Positions 8,726 to 17,300 of a DNA stretch of 64,000 bases are shown in pieces. This stretch comes from Minisyncoccota bacterium. GTDB lineage: Bacteria; Patescibacteriota; Minisyncoccia; Phycocordibacterales; Phycocordibacteraceae. The position numbers were made by a program, and so were the translations under genes. The first letter of the stretch is position 1. Each line of letters begins with the position of its first letter. A model generated the notes under the pieces. That model was given only the letters and a program-made list of their open reading frames with translations. It was not told the DNA's origin and made no database searches. The stretch lies in contig JALHQL010000004.1 in NCBI GenBank assembly GCA_022841985.1, positions 1,726-65,725 of the forward strand. Reading direction: 5' to 3'.

Positions 8726-9448
8726 TGCTTTGCTAGTCATTGCTCGGCGTACATACCATTCTTGCAATGCTCCTGCAATGTTTGTAGTGATGAAATAAAG
8801 CGCTATCGCGCTAGTTGTCGTGTAGGAAATAATTGCAATAATAAAAGGGAAGACGTATTTCAGCTGCAAACTCATGACTTTCTGAAAATCAGCCTGCATA
8901 CCGCCGAGCATCGAAGGCTTCATCGTCCCTGAAAGGGCCATATGTGCTTGAACAAACTGAGTGATGCCGGCCAATATCGCAAGAACAATACTTTTACCCA
9001 TCATTGAGATGAGCCCGAGAAATTCAAGAGAAATAGTATCTGGAACAGGAGTAAGCCCATAGAGCCGTGCGGTATTAATCACTGAAAATGGTTCATAAAA
9101 AAACACCCAATAGAGCGCGAACAGGACGGGAATCTGTATGAAAACCATGAGAATGCTTGCAAACGGGTTTACCTTTTCTGCACGATAGAGAGCGAGAGTT
9201 TCAAGCGCCTCTTTCTCTTTATTGCCCTTATATTTCTCTTTTAGATCCTTAATCTTTGGTTCCAGATCCCTCATCGCGATCTGTGTACGTGCTGCCGAAA
9301 GAGAGAAGGGAAGAAGAATAAGCCGAATAGCGACCGTGAGCAGAATAACGGCGATACCCACATCCGAACCGGGGATTAGAGCGGTCAGAGCGACTAGGGC
9401 ATTATAAATCGGATCATAGAAAGCACTGTAAAAGAAAGTTACAATCAC
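8717..9448 (-). CDS. yidC: membrane protein insertase YidC
   Basis: 243 aa; 'VILLTVAIRLILLPFS...', 'FIQIPVLFALYWVF' YidC/Oxa1 core; rpmH-rnpA-yidC synteny. Confidence 0.8.
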   Translation of the reverse strand: MIVTFFYSAFYDPIYNALVALTALIPGSDVGIAVILLTVAIRLILLPFSLSAARTQIAMRDLEPKIKDLKEKYKGNKEKEALETLALYRAEKVNPFASILMVFIQIPVLFALYWVFFYEPFSVINTARLYGLTPVPDTISLEFLGLISMMGKSIVLAILAGITQFVQAHMALSGTMKPSMLGGMQADFQKVMSLQLKYVFPFIIAIISYTTTSAIALYFITTNIAGALQEWYVRRAMTSKASQ

Positions 9449-9462
9449 AAGTCTATTCTACT

Positions 9463-9774
9463 CTATCGGCGAATTTTGGAAAGAAGATTGGCGAGTTCGC
9501 TTTTGACATCTTGATACGACATGCTGCTGACAGAGGATTTTGGGAAAACAATGAGTGACGCAGGGAGGGGGAGAGTTCGGAGCGCCGCAAGTACCCGACG
9601 CTTAATCAGGTGCCTGGTAACCGAGAGACGAGCAGTCTTTTTCGACACAATGACCGCATATCCTTTCGATTCTTTCGGAAAAATGATGCTTAGATTTGAG
9701 GACGAAAATCTCCGGCCTGTTGAAAGCGCTGTAGGGAAAACCGCACGCGAGAGCCGTTCTCGGCGAGGGAACAC
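9463..9774 (-). CDS. rnpA: ribonuclease P protein component
   Basis: 103 aa basic protein immediately downstream of rpmH; 'RLSRAVFPT...GRRFSSSNLSIIF...AVIVSKK..ARLSVTRHLIKRRV' matches RnpA layout. Confidence 0.65.
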   Translation of the reverse strand: MFPRRERLSRAVFPTALSTGRRFSSSNLSIIFPKESKGYAVIVSKKTARLSVTRHLIKRRVLAALRTLPLPASLIVFPKSSVSSMSYQDVKSELANLLSKIRR

Positions 9775-9779
9775 AAAAA

Positions 9780-9917
9780 TCAGGCAGTGAGGCGCGTACG
9801 GCCAATACGACGACGTTTCTGCACAATCTTACGGCCGGAGCTCGTTTTTGTTCGGACAAGGAAGCCGTGTGTTTTGGCTCGCTTACGTTTCTTCGGTTGA
9901 TAGGTTCGTTTGGACAT
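9780..9917 (-). CDS. rpmH: 50S ribosomal protein L34
   Basis: 45 aa not in ORF track (<60 aa): [45 protein letters not shown]; translated by hand from reverse complement. Confidence 0.85.
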   Translation of the reverse strand: MSKRTYQPKKRKRAKTHGFLVRTKTSSGRKIVQKRRRIGRTRLTA

Positions 9918-9935
9918 GCTGGACGAAAAATTAGG

Positions 9936-9944
9936 TTATACACA
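9936..9944. promoter_or_regulatory. DnaA-box-like 9-mer (TTATACACA) upstream of dnaA
   Basis: matches TTWTNCACA consensus; single copy between rpmH and dnaA. Confidence 0.35.
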
Positions 9945-10015
9945 CAATACTAACAGTTTCTCCCCGAAACGCCAGAGTGCCTTGTCTAAAGAATCATCGT
10001 ATACTCCAAAGCATT

Positions 10016-11368
10016 ATGAACAAAGGGGATCCGAAGGAGTTGTGGGAATACGTTCTTACCCAGATCGAGTTATCTATATCCCCAGCAAACTTCAATACCT
10101 GGTTCCGTAACAGTTTTATCGTGAAGATTAGTGAGGATGGGGTGGTGCATATCGGCGTACCGAGTCAGTTCTTTAAGGATTGGTATCTTAAGAAATTTCA
10201 CACTTTGTTGTTGAAAATCATTCGAGATGTGTCGTATGAATTCCGTAATATCGAATATGTCATTGTAAAAGATGAAAATCGCAGACTCTCCAAAGAAGTT
10301 AAAAATGTGCGGGGAGCACTTGAGCTGCCTCTTGATGATTTTTATATCAATAAAAGCGACAATCTGAATCCGAGATATACATTTGATACATTTGTTATCG
10401 GATCCTTCAATAATCTCGCGTACGCGGCGGCACAAGCGGTGCTCGCACGTCCTGGAATAACCTACAACCCTCTTTTTATCTATGGTGATACTGGTCGCGG
10501 GAAAACACACCTTATCCAAGCTATTGGTAATCAATATAAGAAACAGTATCCCGGACAGAAAGTTTTCTATCTCACGTCTGAAAAATTTGTTGTTGATTAC
10601 ACCGATTCAGTGCAGGCAGGCACCGCCAACAGATTCAAAGATAAATATCGCCACTATGACCTTCTTATCATGGATGATATTCAATTTCTTTCAAAAAAAG
10701 AAAGGAGTGAGGAAGAATTGTTTCATCTCTTCAACGCTCTTCATGACATGAATAAGCAAATTATTTTCTCTTCCGATCGCTCTCCAATAGCCATTCCTGA
10801 TATTACTGAGCGTTTAAAGGGGCGATTAGCGAGTGGTATGACGATTGATATTGGGGAACCAGATCCGGAGTCACGGATGGCCATCGTACGGAAAAAAGCA
10901 GCTTCACATGGTGTATTACTATCGGATGAGGTTATTGAATATGTAGCGGTATCCATGAATGGTTCTATACGTGAATTAGAAGGTATGGTAAACAGTATTA
11001 TCTGTCACGCTCAAGTGAAAGGATTTGCGCCTGATATTATGGAAGTGCGACAATCCCTCCGCTCATTCACTCGTCCTCAAAAAAACATATCTATTAAAAA
11101 TATTGTTGATAAAATTGCGGAATTTTATAATATTGATGAAGAAAGTATCTATGAAAAAACAAGGAGGAGGGAAGTAGTACGGCCTCGACAGATCATTATG
11201 TATATTCTTCGAGAGGATTTTCATATATCCTATCCAACAATTGGCACAAAACTTGGTGGTCGTGATCATACAACTGTTATCCACTCCTGTGAGAAGATAA
11301 AGCGTGAAATGGTTGTGGATAGTGAACTTGAGAAAGAGATTCAAAATATTCGGACTCTTCTTGTATGA
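10016..11368 (+). CDS. dnaA: chromosomal replication initiator DnaA
   Basis: start at 'MNKGDPKELWEYVL'; AAA+ Walker A 'GDTGRGKTHL', Walker B 'LLIMDDIQFL', C-terminal DnaA-box-binding helix 'TTVIHSCEKI'. Confidence 0.9.
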   Translation: MNKGDPKELWEYVLTQIELSISPANFNTWFRNSFIVKISEDGVVHIGVPSQFFKDWYLKKFHTLLLKIIRDVSYEFRNIEYVIVKDENRRLSKEVKNVRGALELPLDDFYINKSDNLNPRYTFDTFVIGSFNNLAYAAAQAVLARPGITYNPLFIYGDTGRGKTHLIQAIGNQYKKQYPGQKVFYLTSEKFVVDYTDSVQAGTANRFKDKYRHYDLLIMDDIQFLSKKERSEEELFHLFNALHDMNKQIIFSSDRSPIAIPDITERLKGRLASGMTIDIGEPDPESRMAIVRKKAASHGVLLSDEVIEYVAVSMNGSIRELEGMVNSIICHAQVKGFAPDIMEVRQSLRSFTRPQKNISIKNIVDKIAEFYNIDEESIYEKTRRREVVRPRQIIMYILREDFHISYPTIGTKLGGRDHTTVIHSCEKIKREMVVDSELEKEIQNIRTLLV

Positions 11369-11480
11369 TTTTTATTTATACTCTATCCACATATTGTTTT
11401 AAAAATAAGGAATGTATATATCCAACTACTACCTCATATTTCAATGTTATCCACCTATCCACACCCTTAATAAGAATTGT
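11369..11480. promoter_or_regulatory. candidate oriC: AT-rich dnaA-dnaN spacer with three DnaA boxes
   Basis: ctatccaca (11383-11391), ttatccacc (11447-11455), ctatccaca (11455-11463); flanked by AT-rich stretches; classic dnaA-dnaN location. Confidence 0.6.
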
Positions 11481-12581
11481 ATGAATATTTCAATAGAAAA
11501 AAAGAAATTCTCAGAAGCTGTGCATATAGTGGCAAGATTCGCTCAACGAAAAATCACTACACTCCCCGCACTCTCTTCAATACTTATTATTGCAGGAGAT
11601 GATGGTATAAAAATGCGCGCAACAAATCTTGAAACAGGTATTGATTTTAAACTTAAAGGAGAATGTACGGAAAAAGGAGTTGTCGCAATTTCAGCATTAT
11701 TACTTCAACAAATAGCAAGTTCACTTACCCAAGAAGGGAAAATAATCCTAGAACACATAGGAGATATTGTTTCAATCACCAGCGGCACAAGTAAAAGTTC
11801 AATAAAAACGACACCTTATGATGATTTTCCCTCAATCCCATTTCCAGAAAGTTCAAAAAATAGAATAGTACTCCCTGGTAGTATTCTTCGTTCACTTTTT
11901 ACCACTATTGCCCCTTGCGCATCTTCTTCCACTGTTCGTCCTGAATTATCAAGTATATACCTCTCTATTGAAGGAGGAATATTAACTGCTGTGGCAACAG
12001 ATTCTTTTCGACTTGCTGAAAAGAAAGTACCGCTTACAAATAAAGGAATTCAAGGAAAGTTTCTTATTCCCGCAAAAAACGCTCTTGATATAGCCCAAGC
12101 ATTACCTAATGAGGATATTATTATGTCGTTTGATGAACACCAATGCGCGTTTATCTCAAATGATGGGATGCTTGTATCAAGATTAACAAATGCGGTATAT
12201 CCTGATTATCGGCAAATAATACCAAAAGAATCTGTTGTTGAAGCGATTGTTTTACGAAAAGATTTTGAAAATGCATTAAAACGAACAATTATCTTTTCAG
12301 ATTTATTTCAAAAAATACGCATCAATTTTGATCCAAAAAAGAATCTTTTTTCTTTTTTTACACGGAATGCTGATATTGGAGAATCAATAGAAACACTCCC
12401 AGCACGCATATCAGGAAGCGCTCTTGAACTCTCTTTTAATCATAGGTATCTTTCCGCCGTATTGTCGCTTACAGGATCGGAAAGCATTTCAATTCTTGCC
12501 GTAGGTATCGGACGCCCACTTATTATAAAAGGTGTTGGGGATACCTCTCTGCTTTATTTAGTATCTCCAATGAATCAATAA
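11481..12581 (+). CDS. dnaN: DNA polymerase III beta sliding clamp
   Basis: start at 'MNISIEKKKF'; three-domain ~366 aa clamp, 'IAPCASSSTVRPELSSIYLSIEGG' central region typical. Confidence 0.85.
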   Translation: MNISIEKKKFSEAVHIVARFAQRKITTLPALSSILIIAGDDGIKMRATNLETGIDFKLKGECTEKGVVAISALLLQQIASSLTQEGKIILEHIGDIVSITSGTSKSSIKTTPYDDFPSIPFPESSKNRIVLPGSILRSLFTTIAPCASSSTVRPELSSIYLSIEGGILTAVATDSFRLAEKKVPLTNKGIQGKFLIPAKNALDIAQALPNEDIIMSFDEHQCAFISNDGMLVSRLTNAVYPDYRQIIPKESVVEAIVLRKDFENALKRTIIFSDLFQKIRINFDPKKNLFSFFTRNADIGESIETLPARISGSALELSFNHRYLSAVLSLTGSESISILAVGIGRPLIIKGVGDTSLLYLVSPMNQ

Positions 12582-14737
12582 AAAGAAGTTGTAGAAGTTG
12601 AGGTTTTAGTAAGAGGCACTGGGAGCATAATCCCGCCTGAAAAAAGATCAGGGTGCATGGCATACCATGCAGTAACTCCATATTCCCAGTATTCAAATTG
12701 ACGATCCTCGGAAGGGTTAGTGGGAGTGGGTCCTTGAGGGTTATTTTTATCAGTCCAATATAATAAACTATGAGGAATAATACTTCCTTGTGTATCTGGA
12801 ATTCGCCAATTTCCTTGTAGCATCGGTGGAACAGAATCGAAGATAGGACTTGACTCACCAAAATATGTTTTTGGATATTTTGAGAGAGCGTAAGACATCA
12901 CTTTGTTCCACATTGGGGCCGCAATAAAACCTGCAACAGACTTCACCATAGGGGAGTTGTCGTTATTACCAACCCATACACCAATTGTAATAGAGGGGGT
13001 ATACCCAATAATCCATGCATCACGGGTGTCGTCTGTTGTACCTGTTTTCACAGCCACATCATATCCAGCGAAAGAAAGAGGGGAATTAAGAGGATATTCT
13101 GGAAGACGTGCGTAAGCGTTTGAGAGCATTGCAGACACATCTCGTGCGATATTTGTCGGTAGCACCACTGAAGATTCGGGTGAAAATTTGTAAAGCTCAT
13201 TTCCTGCCGCATCACTAATCTCAAGTACGCCAGTCGGAGTGTTGAGCACTCCATCATTTGCAAGAGCGGAATACGCGCCAGTAAGATCAAGTAGGCGCAC
13301 TTCGCCGCCTCCGAGTACGAATGTAAGTCCGTATTGGTTCGGGTCGCCAAGGGTTGTAAGGCCGAATGACTTCGCGAGATTGATAGCTTTTTGTATCCCA
13401 ACGAGATAGAGAGTTTTAATAGCTGGAATATTGATTGATTGGGCTAGTGCTGTTTCAAAAGTCATGGGCCCTCGGAAGGCATCGTCGTAGTTGGAGGGAG
13501 CATAACAAGGAGGGGTGTTATTTGTCGTATCCGACGGCTTGCATTCTGTCGAAAATTGCGTCGGGACGTCAAAAATGACGGTGTTGCGCGTGTAGCCGTT
13601 ACTCAGCGCAAGTGAGTAAATAAAAGGCTTCATGGTAGAACCAGGTTGGCGAGAGGATAGGGTGGCATTATATTGTCCGTCAATCTCGGTATCAAAGAAA
13701 TTGCGCGAACCAACCATTGTGAGGATTTGTCCGCTTGAAGGATCAATCGCAACAAGAGAGGCGTTCGAAGCGTTAAATTTTTTCACATTTTCAAGCGCAT
13801 ATGTACGGACAATTTCCTCAGCCTTTACTTGAAGATCCACATCAAGTGTCGTAGTAACTTTTAATCCGGACATAAGAGCTTTGGCGCCATACGTTTTCTC
13901 AAGTTGATCGAGGATATAAAAAACAAAATGAGGGGCGATGATTGCATTTCGGCCTGCGGGAGCAAAGGATACTTGTTCAGAAAGAGCTGCAGTATAGGCG
14001 GCCTCATCGATAAATCCGATTTCACGCATACGTTCGAGCACAAGATTTTTACGTGCAGTAAGCTCCGTTTGGTGGGTGCCATAGGGTGAATAATACGAAG
14101 GCGCTTGAATCATTGCTGCAAGGTATGCAGCTTGCGCGAGAGAAAGGTCTTTCGCAGGTTTGTTGAAGTACGCTGCGGCAGCAGCCTCGATGCCGTAGAG
14201 CGTACTCCCATACGGAATATTATTAAGATAGGTCTCAAGAATCTGATCTTTCGAATAGGATTGTTCTAATTTTATTGCAAGCATCCATTCGTTTATCTTT
14301 CGTATAACACTTTTTTGTCTGGTGAGAAGCTCATTCTTTACCACTTGCTGTGTGATGGTCGAACCTCCTTGCGAGAGAGCACCGCCAAGAGTGTTGGCGA
14401 ATAAGGCACGAATAATGGAGGTAATGCGAATGCCTCCATGCGCGTAGAAACTTGAATCCTCGATAGCGATAGTCGCGTTTATTGTATGTGGTGATATAGC
14501 ACTGAGTGGGACGATATTTCGTTTTGCATCTCGATTGTAATCATACAAAAGGACTTGCCCAGTACGGTCATAAATCTTAGTCGATTGATCGACTTGTCGA
14601 GAAGAAAATGAATTTATGTCCGGCACCTGGGTAGTGGCGACGACAAGCAGGATACCTCCTCCCACAAGGAATCCAAGTCCAAAAATAGTAAGCAGAGAAA
14701 CAAAAAGAATATGCCGCCATGAAGCCATACGCTTCAT
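12575..14737 (-). CDS. class A penicillin-binding protein (PBP1a: transglycosylase + transpeptidase)
   Basis: N-terminal TM; GT51 motifs 'IAIEDSSFYAHGGI', 'GGSTITQQVVKN'; transpeptidase 'STMKPF' (SxxK); ~80-aa Pro/Thr-rich C-terminal extension. Confidence 0.85.
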   Translation of the reverse strand: MKRMASWRHILFVSLLTIFGLGFLVGGGILLVVATTQVPDINSFSSRQVDQSTKIYDRTGQVLLYDYNRDAKRNIVPLSAISPHTINATIAIEDSSFYAHGGIRITSIIRALFANTLGGALSQGGSTITQQVVKNELLTRQKSVIRKINEWMLAIKLEQSYSKDQILETYLNNIPYGSTLYGIEAAAAAYFNKPAKDLSLAQAAYLAAMIQAPSYYSPYGTHQTELTARKNLVLERMREIGFIDEAAYTAALSEQVSFAPAGRNAIIAPHFVFYILDQLEKTYGAKALMSGLKVTTTLDVDLQVKAEEIVRTYALENVKKFNASNASLVAIDPSSGQILTMVGSRNFFDTEIDGQYNATLSSRQPGSTMKPFIYSLALSNGYTRNTVIFDVPTQFSTECKPSDTTNNTPPCYAPSNYDDAFRGPMTFETALAQSINIPAIKTLYLVGIQKAINLAKSFGLTTLGDPNQYGLTFVLGGGEVRLLDLTGAYSALANDGVLNTPTGVLEISDAAGNELYKFSPESSVVLPTNIARDVSAMLSNAYARLPEYPLNSPLSFAGYDVAVKTGTTDDTRDAWIIGYTPSITIGVWVGNNDNSPMVKSVAGFIAAPMWNKVMSYALSKYPKTYFGESSPIFDSVPPMLQGNWRIPDTQGSIIPHSLLYWTDKNNPQGPTPTNPSEDRQFEYWEYGVTAWYAMHPDLFSGGIMLPVPLTKTSTSTTSFY

Positions 14738-14991
14738 GCTATCACCAAGCGGGCGAAGAAGAAATTCCTACCACCAAGGAAGTCGACAGAGGCAATCCTG
14801 GTTTTGTAGACTTGTCACCCGTTTAGTATTTCTCTTCCTCTTCTTCAAGCTCCTCGAGCTCTTCAGTTTCCTCGAGATCCTCCTCGGTTTCTTCCAAAAT
14901 GAGACTCTCGTCGTTGATGTCATCAATCATCATAATGATATATGTAGCAAAAAATTATATTTCTGCAAGCAGCAGTACTTTGAAGTGGGGA

Positions 14992-15468
14992 TTATTTGCG
15001 GGGGAGCCCTGCAGCGAGTGCCGTAATGCCTATAGCAATCGCATCCATCTCATCATCAAGACGCTTCTTTGCAGGGAGAGAAAGAAGGCGTGGAATCATA
15101 GCCGCAACTGTCGATTTGTCTGAACCACCGTGGCCGGTGACAGCAAGTTTGACTTGTTGAGGGGAGCATTCTATGACTGGTAGAGAAACCATACCAGCAG
15201 CGGCGAGTATTGCTCCTCGTGCTTCTGCGACACCAATGGCTGTTTTTTTATTTGCACTAAAAAAGAGCGTTTCAATACCAAGTGCGTCGGGTAAGTGTTC
15301 CTTGATGACCTCAGTAATCGCGCGCGATACATGCGCAAGACGTTTCTCAGAAGATCCTTTGTCGGGGAGCACGCAATCGCTCATGACAAGCGTTGGTCGC
15401 GACGGATTTCCTTCGAGGACGGCAATACCGAGACGATCGTAGCCCGGGTCAATCGCCAGTATCCTCAT
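14992..15468 (-). CDS. ruvC: Holliday junction resolvase RuvC
   Basis: start at 'MRILAIDPGYDRLGIAVLEG'; RNase-H-like fold acidic residues (D..E..D..) present. Confidence 0.8.
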   Translation of the reverse strand: MRILAIDPGYDRLGIAVLEGNPSRPTLVMSDCVLPDKGSSEKRLAHVSRAITEVIKEHLPDALGIETLFFSANKKTAIGVAEARGAILAAAGMVSLPVIECSPQQVKLAVTGHGGSDKSTVAAMIPRLLSLPAKKRLDDEMDAIAIGITALAAGLPRK

Positions 15469-16003
15469 ATCCTTGCGCGTTGGTAAAGACTCTCTGGACA
15501 TCGTCATGCTCATCCAATGTTTCAAGTATTACGGAGAGTCTCTCTTCATCAGCTCCAGCGACTTCAATAAGTGGTTCATGCGGTGCGTACTTGTCGCCAT
15601 TTTTCGTAAATGCCCAACTTGCAGCGCCCGGAGCTGCCAGTGCGACCCCTTGAAGCGAGAGTAGATGCTTCACTTCCTGAGTCGTACGGTTTTTGTTGTC
15701 GGTAAGAGCTTCGATGAGGAGGGCGGTACCGCCTGGACCGTACGCTTCATAGACGACCTGCTCAAGATTCCCGGAGTCTTTCGAGATACCCTTTGCCACC
15801 GCACGCTCAATATTTTCCTTTGGCATATTTTCCGCTTTGGCGCGTGCGATAGCGACCGAAAGTCCTGGCGCTGAGAGAACACCCTGTGCTTTTTTTGATT
15901 CAAGAGTGATGAGGCGCGCATACCGTGAGAAGACGCGGCTTCTTGCTGCATCCGTTACCGACTTTTGGCGCTTGATTTGTGACCATTTACTGTGCCCTGA
16001 CAT
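15449..16003 (-). CDS. YebC/PmpR-family DNA-binding regulatory protein
   Basis: 'MSGHSKWSQIKRQKSVTDAARSRVFSRYARLI' hallmark N-terminus; only 184 aa (shorter than typical ~240); overlaps ruvC start by 20 nt. Confidence 0.7.
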   Translation of the reverse strand: MSGHSKWSQIKRQKSVTDAARSRVFSRYARLITLESKKAQGVLSAPGLSVAIARAKAENMPKENIERAVAKGISKDSGNLEQVVYEAYGPGGTALLIEALTDNKNRTTQEVKHLLSLQGVALAAPGAASWAFTKNGDKYAPHEPLIEVAGADEERLSVILETLDEHDDVQRVFTNAQGYEDTGD

Positions 16004-16047
16004 ATCTGCACTATATATCAAACTTACGCTAGTCAGAGCAACAGACC

Positions 16048-17025
16048 CTATTGAAGAAACGCACGGCCTTCGGAAGTGAGAATGCGGCCGCGCGGCGAAC
16101 GCTCAATGAATCCGAGACGAAGCAGATACGGCTCATATATGTATTCGACTGTGTCAGGGTCTTCATGAATTGCGGCTGCAAGCGCATGAACGCCTGCTGG
16201 CCCACCGCGGAAGCTCTTCAGAAGTGTTTCGAGATAGCGGCGGTCATCCTTGGTAAGGCCATAGGCATCAATGCCAAATAGTTCACACGCTTCGTCGCAC
16301 AACTTGGCGGAGAGTGCGCGCTCGTGTACTTCAGAAAAGTCACGAATGCGCTTTAGAAGAGCGTTTGCAACGCGTGGAGTCGCGCGACTTCTCGCCGCGA
16401 TACGATCAACGACCTCATCAGGAGCCTTAAGTCCAAGAAGAAGCGCCGAGCGGCGAATAATATCCTTCAAATCATCCTCATTATAAAAATCGAGCTGGTA
16501 TGTGCCGCCCCCGAAGCGCGAGCGAAGAGGTCCTGAAAGTTCCGCGACACGCGTGGTTGCTCCGACGAGGGTGAAAGGAGGGAGAGCAAGTTCGACTGTC
16601 CGCGCCGAGGGTCCTTTTCCTAGAATAATGTCGAGATGTCCCGACTCGAGTGCAGGATAGAGGAGTTCTTCTATCTTACGTGAGAGACGATGGATCTCAT
16701 CGATGAAGAGAACGGTGTTGGGTTCGAGATTGGTGAGTATTGCAGCAAGATCACCTGAACGCTCAATAGCGACCCCAGAAGTGCTCTTTAGAGGTGATCC
16801 GAGTGTTGCTGCGACCAGATGGGCGAGAGTCGTCTTTCCAACGCCTGGAGGGCCGTAGAAGAGAATATGCTCGGGCATGCCCCCACGCTTCTTTGCCGCA
16901 TCGATAGCGACACGCACATTCGCTTTTACCTGTTTTTGCCCGACATAGTCGTCCCAATGAGCAGGTCGCAACGCCGAATCGAGCGACTTCAAGAGAGCAG
17001 GGAGGGCTTCTGAAGGGGTTGACAT
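16048..17025 (-). CDS. ruvB: Holliday junction branch-migration helicase RuvB
   Basis: 325 aa; 'LFYGPPGVGKTTLAHLVA' Walker A, 'VLFIDEIHRL' Walker B, sensor motifs. Confidence 0.9.
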   Translation of the reverse strand: MSTPSEALPALLKSLDSALRPAHWDDYVGQKQVKANVRVAIDAAKKRGGMPEHILFYGPPGVGKTTLAHLVAATLGSPLKSTSGVAIERSGDLAAILTNLEPNTVLFIDEIHRLSRKIEELLYPALESGHLDIILGKGPSARTVELALPPFTLVGATTRVAELSGPLRSRFGGGTYQLDFYNEDDLKDIIRRSALLLGLKAPDEVVDRIAARSRATPRVANALLKRIRDFSEVHERALSAKLCDEACELFGIDAYGLTKDDRRYLETLLKSFRGGPAGVHALAAAIHEDPDTVEYIYEPYLLRLGFIERSPRGRILTSEGRAFLQ

Positions 17026-17053
17026 AAAAATAGTATGATGCTAGTATATTAGC

Positions 17054-17268
17054 ACAGTTTTGGCGTTCTGTTACTAGCCTGTTTTCCTATGGTTAGTGGC
17101 GAGACGCCAGTGCACGCTCCTTTCGAAATCCTCTTCATACTCCTCTAGGCAAGGCTTGACGGCTTTGGGCGTTTCCCCAAGGACTTTCTGGTCCATTCCT
17201 TTCGGGGAATGGCACTGGGAATCTCCTCAGGTGTCTCGTTCTCCCCGCGTTATTGCGGGTTTTTGCCT
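17054..17268 (+). ncRNA. candidate small RNA (class unknown) in ruvB/pilB-like intergenic region
   Basis: 275-bp GC-rich gap with no credible ORF; possible sigma70-like promoter TTGACA(17019-17024)-17 nt-TAGTAT; perfect hairpin ccattcc-tttcgg-ggaatgg (17193-17212); plus-strand intrinsic terminator ccccgcg-ttatt-gcggg + ttttt (17243-17268). Confidence 0.25.
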
Positions 17269-17300
17269 GGAGGATTATGGATGGGATTTTCGTTTCTATG

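Noticed and set aside
17026-17300. RNase P RNA (rnpB) or SRP RNA on the minus strand
   Set aside because: AGAAAGUCC and ACAGAAC strings occur in the right order but only ~115 nt apart, and the total available length (275 nt) is below even the minimal known RNase P RNAs. No convincing SRP domain-IV motif. Kept only as generic sRNA candidate.
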